Below, piece after piece: positions 19,760 to 24,000 of a stretch of DNA of 24,000 nt. The position numbers and the translations under genes are program-made. Numbering within the stretch: position 1 is the first letter of the stretch; the number at the start of each line of letters is the position of its first letter. The stretch comes from Athalassotoga saccharophila. Its GTDB lineage: Bacteria; Thermotogota; Thermotogae; Mesoaciditogales; Mesoaciditogaceae. Below the pieces are notes generated by a model that saw only the letters and a program-made list of their open reading frames with translations, searched no databases and was not told the origin of the DNA. The stretch lies in assembly GCF_009936215.1 (NCBI RefSeq), contig NZ_AP019551.1:930708-954707 (forward strand), written 5' to 3'.

Positions 19760-19975
19760 TCAAGAGGGTACTCTAACTCCGGCTTGTCGTATATTTATGG
19801 CAAAATCAGGACACAGATTTGCGCATTGCATACAACCTATACATTTTTCGTTGCTTTCGATTTTTGGGGCTTCGAGTTCTCCTTTTACTATCGCGTGGGT
19901 TGGACAGACCCAATAACATATTCCGCACGATTTACAGAGTTTAAAATCAATCTCGATTGAGAATTTTTTGGTCAT
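19760..19975 (-). CDS. small 2x[4Fe-4S] ferredoxin (KorD/PorD-delta-like)
   Basis: MTKKFSIEIDFKLCKSCGICYWVCPTHAIVKGELEAPKIESNEKCIGCMQCANLCPDFAINI: two CxxCxxCxxxCP clusters. ATG 19975 preceded by AGAGGAGG; the track start at 20026 would overlap ppdK and the hairpin. Confidence 0.88.
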   Translation of the reverse strand: MTKKFSIEIDFKLCKSCGICYWVCPTHAIVKGELEAPKIESNEKCIGCMQCANLCPDFAINIRQAGVRVPS

Positions 19976-19988
19976 AACTTCCTCCTCT

Positions 19989-20024
19989 GAAAATGAAGGG
20001 CACCTTAGAGTGCCCCTCCTTTTC
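19989..20024 (-). promoter_or_regulatory. stem-loop at the ppdK stop / ferredoxin 5' boundary
   Basis: Minus strand GAAAAGGAGGGGCAC-TCTAAG-GTGCCCTTCATTTTC: 15 paired positions including one G.U and one G/A mismatch, 6-nt loop. Its 3' arm ends immediately before the AGAGGAGG SD (19981-19988). Confidence 0.65.
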
Positions 20025-22704
20025 ATTTCTTATTCTTCTTTGACCTTTTTTCTTTCAATTCTATCGTCGACTGGGCCGCTGCGAGTCTCGCAATTGGTAC
20101 CCTGTAAGGAGAACAACTCACGTAATCGATTCCTATTTCATCAACTATCTTTATCGAATCGGGATCTCCACCGTGTTCTCCGCATATACCAACCTCGAGA
20201 TGTGGATTGACCTTCTTTCCTTTCTTCGTTCCAATCCTTACGAGTTCGCCCACTCCATCTTTGTCGAGAGTCTTAAACGGATCGACAGGTATTATACCTT
20301 TTTCGAGATAATCGTTGAGGAATTTACCGCTGTCATCACGGCTGTATCCGAAAGTAGTCTGGGTGAGATCATTTGTACCGAAAGAGAAGAACTGGGCCTC
20401 TTTTCCGATCTGATCTGCGGTAACGGCCGCTCTCGGTATTTCAACCATCGTTCCGACAAGGTAGGTGAGTTTAACTCCACTTTGCTTTATCAGTTCATCG
20501 GCAGTTTTAGTTATGATTTCTTTTAAAAATTTCAACTCGTTGACATGACCGACAAGTGGCACCATTATCTCGGGTATGACATTTATCTTTTCTTCCTTTA
20601 TCAATTCAATGGCAGCCTGTATTATGGCCTTGACCTGCATTGTCGGTATTTCTGGATAGGTTATTTCAAGTCTGCATCCTCTATGCCCGAGCATCGGGTT
20701 GAATTCCTTCAAGGCCGCCGCCCTGTCGAGAATCTCTTCGTAACTTAAACCCATATCCTTTGCAAGTTGCTTTAAGGTTTCTTCATCCTGAGGAAGGAAT
20801 TCGTGCAATGGAGGATCTATAAGCCTTATCGTAACAGGTTTTCCATTCATCTCTCTGAATATGGCTTTGAAATCTTCCTTTTGCATTGGCATTATCTTAT
20901 CAAGCGCTTTTTCTCTTTGCTCGCGAGTATTAGAAAAGATCATCTGTCTTACGGCCGGTATTCTATCATTCGCAAAGAACATGCGTTCAGTTCTGCAAAG
21001 TCCTATTCCTTCTGCACCGAATTCTCTTGCAACTCTTGCGTCTGTTGGCGTATTTGCATTTGTCCTTACGCCAAGTCTTCTTACCTGGTCGGCCCATTTG
21101 AGAAGCGTTGCGAGATCGCCTTCGAGACCTTCCGGCTTTATCGTCTTTATCTGACCGAGAAATACCTCTCCGGTTGTTCCATCTATGGAGAGCCAGTCTC
21201 CTTCTTTGACAGTTACGCCGTTAACGGTGAAGAGTTTGTGTTCGTCATCAACGTTTATGGATTCCGCACCGACAACTGCGCACTTTCCCATGCCTCTTGC
21301 AACGACTGCGGCGTGAGATGTTCTTCCACCTCTTGCCGTCAAAATTCCTTCCGCTCCGGCCATCCCCGCGACGTCCTCGGCAGAGGTTTCTGGTCTTACA
21401 AGAATTACAGGCTCTTTCTTTCCAAGAGTGGCAGCCTTATCGGCATCGAATACAACCTTACCTGTGGCAGCACCCGGAGAGGCCGCAAGACCTGTTGTTA
21501 TCATGCGCTTTTCGGCAATTGCCTTTTTCTTTTCATTCGTATCAAACATGGGGTGGAGGAGTTGGTCGACTTGATCTGGTGTAACGCGCATGATGGCTGT
21601 CTTTTTGTCTATCAACTTTTCTTTGACCATGTCAACGGCCACCTTTACGGCCGCACGGGCAGTTCTCTTTGCACTTCTTGTTTGAAGCATGTAAAGTTTT
21701 CCGTGTTCAACGGTAAACTCCACATCCTGCATATCTTTATAGTGCTTTTCAAGAATATCGAATATCCTGTAAAGTTCATCGTAGGCCTCTTTCGAAACCT
21801 TCTTAAGGCCTTCAAGATCTTCAGGAGTTCTTATTCCTGCAACGACATCTTCTCCTTGGGCATTTCTGAGAAATTCTCCGTACCTTCTCTTCTCTCCAGT
21901 GGACGGATCTCTTGTGAAAGCGACTCCTGTCCCGCTGTCATCTCCCATATTTCCAAAGACCATTGAGACGACGCTCACGGCCGTGCCGAGCATCGAACCT
22001 TCGGGTATCTTGTTTATTCTTCTGTACTCGATGGCCCTCTTGTTCATCCACGATCCAAAAACGGCATCTATCGCAATCCACAATTGCTTGTTCGGATCTT
22101 GAGGAAATTCCTTTCCTTCTTTTTTGTACAAATTTTTATATCTTTCTACGAGTTCTTTAAGTTCGCTGACATTCATTTCTGTATCGAGTTTTATTCCTCT
22201 TTTTGCCTTTACGGCCTCTATTTCTTTTTCGAATTTGTTATGATCTATGCCCAGCGCCACATCGCCGAACATCTGTATAAATCTTCTGTAAGAGTCGTAA
22301 GCAAAGCGTTCGTTGGATGTCAACTTCGCAAGGCCAAGGACGGTTTCGTCGTTAAGGCCGAGATTGAGAATCGTGTCCATCATACCGGGCATTGAAACTG
22401 CCGCTCCAGATCTGACAGAGACAAGCAACGGATTCTTCGCATCGCCGAATTTCTTTCCCGTGGCTTTTTCAAGCCTTCTCATATTCTCCTCAACTTCCGC
22501 TTTCAATTCGGGAGGATATGTCTTTGAATGTTTGTAATAATAATCGCATATCTCGGCACTTATCGTAAAGCCGGGAGGAACTGATATGCCTATCTTAACC
22601 ATTTCTGCAAGGTTAGCGCCCTTTCCACCGAGGATGTCTTTCATTTCGGCGCCACCTTCGGCTACACCATTTCCAAAGAAATAAACGTATTTTTTAGCCA
22701 TCAT
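20023..22704 (-). CDS. ppdK: pyruvate, phosphate dikinase
   Basis: 893 aa; YFFGNGVAEGGAEMKDILGGKGANLAEM, GILTARGGRTSHAAVVARGMGKCAVVG catalytic His region, GLCRTERMFF, FSFGTNDLTQTTFGYSRDD, EVGICGEHGGD. Confidence 0.97.
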   Translation of the reverse strand: MMAKKYVYFFGNGVAEGGAEMKDILGGKGANLAEMVKIGISVPPGFTISAEICDYYYKHSKTYPPELKAEVEENMRRLEKATGKKFGDAKNPLLVSVRSGAAVSMPGMMDTILNLGLNDETVLGLAKLTSNERFAYDSYRRFIQMFGDVALGIDHNKFEKEIEAVKAKRGIKLDTEMNVSELKELVERYKNLYKKEGKEFPQDPNKQLWIAIDAVFGSWMNKRAIEYRRINKIPEGSMLGTAVSVVSMVFGNMGDDSGTGVAFTRDPSTGEKRRYGEFLRNAQGEDVVAGIRTPEDLEGLKKVSKEAYDELYRIFDILEKHYKDMQDVEFTVEHGKLYMLQTRSAKRTARAAVKVAVDMVKEKLIDKKTAIMRVTPDQVDQLLHPMFDTNEKKKAIAEKRMITTGLAASPGAATGKVVFDADKAATLGKKEPVILVRPETSAEDVAGMAGAEGILTARGGRTSHAAVVARGMGKCAVVGAESINVDDEHKLFTVNGVTVKEGDWLSIDGTTGEVFLGQIKTIKPEGLEGDLATLLKWADQVRRLGVRTNANTPTDARVAREFGAEGIGLCRTERMFFANDRIPAVRQMIFSNTREQREKALDKIMPMQKEDFKAIFREMNGKPVTIRLIDPPLHEFLPQDEETLKQLAKDMGLSYEEILDRAAALKEFNPMLGHRGCRLEITYPEIPTMQVKAIIQAAIELIKEEKINVIPEIMVPLVGHVNELKFLKEIITKTADELIKQSGVKLTYLVGTMVEIPRAAVTADQIGKEAQFFSFGTNDLTQTTFGYSRDDSGKFLNDYLEKGIIPVDPFKTLDKDGVGELVRIGTKKGKKVNPHLEVGICGEHGGDPDSIKIVDEIGIDYVSCSPYRVPIARLAAAQSTIELKEKRSKKNKK

Positions 22705-22719
22705 ACACCTCCATCGATA

Positions 22720-23082
22720 TCACTGAACATTTACAAGATGTTTTTTCGCTATTTCAACGTACGAATTAAAAGCATCGATATCCTCTACGGCAAGTTGGGC
22801 AAGCATTTTTCTGTTTATGTTTATTCCCGCTAAATCGAGCCCATGCATCATATCGCTGTATTTGAGCCCGGCATTCCTTGCCGCTATATTTATTCTCGTT
22901 ATCCAAAGGGATCTCATCGATCTTTTTTTCTGTTTTCTTCCTATGTAGGCATTGATACCCGCTTTCGTTACGGCCTCTTTTGCATATCTGTAATGTCTGC
23001 GGCGGGCTCCAAGATGACCTTTTACGGCGTTGAGAACTTTGTTGTGTCTCTGCCTCTTTGTAATACCTCTTTTAATACGCAT
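22720..23082 (-). CDS. rplT: 50S ribosomal protein L20
   Basis: 120 aa; MRIKRGITKRQRHNKVLNAVKGHLGARRRHYRYAKEAVTKAGINAYIGRKQKKRSMRSLWITRINIAAR. SD AAGGAG. Confidence 0.97.
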   Translation of the reverse strand: MRIKRGITKRQRHNKVLNAVKGHLGARRRHYRYAKEAVTKAGINAYIGRKQKKRSMRSLWITRINIAARNAGLKYSDMMHGLDLAGININRKMLAQLAVEDIDAFNSYVEIAKKHLVNVQ

Positions 23083-23096
23083 CTTTCACATCTCCT

Positions 23097-23294
23097 TCAA
23101 ATACCCAACGTTCTTCTTGCTCTTTTTGTATCAGGTTTGGAAAGTACCTTTTTGAGATCAAGCCTTCTTTTTTGAGAGGCAGACTTGTGGTAATTTTTGT
23201 GGTTCCTTTTCGCCGATTCTCTTAGAATCTTACCAGAACCAGTTACATGGAATCTCTTCGCGGCACTCTTTCGAGTTTTCATTTTTGACTTCAT
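23097..23294 (-). CDS. rpmI: 50S ribosomal protein L35
   Basis: MKSKMKTRKSAAKRFHVTGSGKILRESAKRNHKNYHKSASQKRRLDLKKV; the track start at 23354 adds 20 atypical residues. Confidence 0.92.
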   Translation of the reverse strand: MKSKMKTRKSAAKRFHVTGSGKILRESAKRNHKNYHKSASQKRRLDLKKVLSKPDTKRARRTLGI

Positions 23295-23301
23295 AGCATC
23301 C

Positions 23302-23320
23302 GAGCGCAAATGATGCGCCC
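23302..23320 (-). promoter_or_regulatory. stem-loop between the rpmI Shine-Dalgarno and start codon
   Basis: Minus strand GGGCGCA-TCATT-TGCGCTC: 7-bp stem with one G.U, 5-nt loop; lies 2 nt after AAAGGAGG (23323-23330) and 7 nt before ATG 23294. Confidence 0.5.
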
Positions 23321-23350
23321 TTCCTCCTTTCAACGTAACTATTTTTGACA

Positions 23351-23905
23351 TCAATTCGCAGGCGTTTCGCCCACATTTTCTTTGGCAGCCGAAGAAACCT
23401 TCTTTGGCCTTAATCCCATTCGCATGTCACGCCCCTCTAACATCGGAGGGGAATCGATCTCTGCCACATCGGAAAGATCTTTTGCGATCCTGTCGAGTAT
23501 TTCCTTTCCCTTATCGGTAAAGGCCATTTCTCTTCCTCGGAACATTATCGTTATTCTGACCTTGTTGCCATTCTCTATGAAATTTCTGACGTGAGAAAGT
23601 TTTGTCTGGTAATCATGTTCGTCTATCTTGGGCCTGAACTTCATCTGTTTCAACACGTCAGAGACATTTCTCGATTTTTTTTGCTTCTTGTTTTGTTCGT
23701 AGATGTACTTACCAAAGTCCATTATTTTGCACACAGGCGGATTGGACGAGGATGAAACAAGTACCAAGTCCATACCATATTCTTCTGCTTTTTGAAGCGC
23801 CTCGTTGCGCTTTACGATTCCAAGTTGGGCACCATCAGGTCCTATTAACCTTACCGTAGGGTAATGTATTTCCTCATTTTTCAAAAACTCGCTCTTTGCT
23901 ATTAT
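23351..23905 (-). CDS. infC: translation initiation factor IF-3; likely starts at AUA (23905 or 23902) rather than the track GTG 23911
   Basis: IIAKSEFLKNEEIHYPTVRLIGPDGAQLGIVKRNEALQKAEEYGMDLVLVSSSSNPPVCKIMDFGKYIYEQNKKQKK...; GAGG at 23911-23914 gives 5 or 8 nt spacing to the two ATA codons. Confidence 0.9.
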   Translation of the reverse strand: MIAKSEFLKNEEIHYPTVRLIGPDGAQLGIVKRNEALQKAEEYGMDLVLVSSSSNPPVCKIMDFGKYIYEQNKKQKKSRNVSDVLKQMKFRPKIDEHDYQTKLSHVRNFIENGNKVRITIMFRGREMAFTDKGKEILDRIAKDLSDVAEIDSPPMLEGRDMRMGLRPKKVSSAAKENVGETPAN

Positions 23906-23928
23906 CATCACCTCTTAATATGAAAATT

Positions 23929-23948
23929 CGGGTGACACAAGCCACCCG
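23929..23948 (-). promoter_or_regulatory. hairpin in the infC 5' leader
   Basis: Minus strand CGGGTG-GCTTGTGT-CACCCG, 6-bp GC-rich stem, about 15 nt upstream of the infC SD. Confidence 0.4.
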
Positions 23949-24000
23949 TCATGAAAAGACAGTACTCCAAAACCTCTTCCCTTCTAAGGTGGAGGTGAGA

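Noticed and set aside
19989-20024. Hairpin as an intrinsic transcription terminator
   Set aside because: The 3' arm is followed by AGAGGAGG, not a U-tract, so a classical terminator is unlikely (a weak or factor-dependent role is not excluded).
19976-20026. N-terminal extension of the ferredoxin (MKRRGTLRCPSFSEEEV)
   Set aside because: Encoded by the hairpin and SD region overlapping the ppdK end; ATG 19975 is properly spaced from AGAGGAGG.
20803-21966. 387-aa plus-strand ORF opposite ppdK
   Set aside because: Antisense to a clearly conserved PPDK; Phe/Ser/Cys/Arg-rich composition with no recognisable domain; explained by codon-bias shadowing.
23295-23354. 20-residue N-terminal extension of L35 (MMSKIVTLKGGRAHHLRSDA)
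   Set aside because: L35 proteins begin at the MKxKMKT segment; the extension includes the SD and hairpin region.

Overview
All supportable genes in this 24 kb window lie on the minus strand. They form a dense, mostly overlapping or near-contiguous housekeeping array. Read in transcription order (right to left): infC - rpmI - rplT - ppdK - small 2x[4Fe-4S] ferredoxin - M24 aminopeptidase (pepQ-like) - efp - Asp23 family (yqhY-like) - nusB::fhs in one uninterrupted ORF - folD - xseA - xseB - dxs - Asp23 family (yloU-like) - fakA-like DAK2/DegV - greA - lysS - glmM - uvrA - argS - BamA/Omp85-like outer-membrane protein (partial, runs off the left edge and is absent from the ORF track). Gene content and order, together with an Omp85 protein, suggest a Thermotogota-type bacterium (inference). 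I see no phage, CRISPR, transposon, tRNA or rRNA. The most interesting signals are: (1) the nusB-fhs merged ORF, with a near-perfect internal Shine-Dalgarno and in-frame ATG exactly at the domain junction; (2) a uvrA ORF whose conserved N-terminus has no ATG/GTG/TTG available and appears to start at ATT or CTG behind a well-placed SD; (3) a likely AUA start for infC; (4) a hairpin between the rpmI SD and its AUG; (5) a long hairpin abutting the ferredoxin SD. There is no evidence of a wholly novel multi-gene system; the novelty here is in gene architecture and translation-initiation signals.
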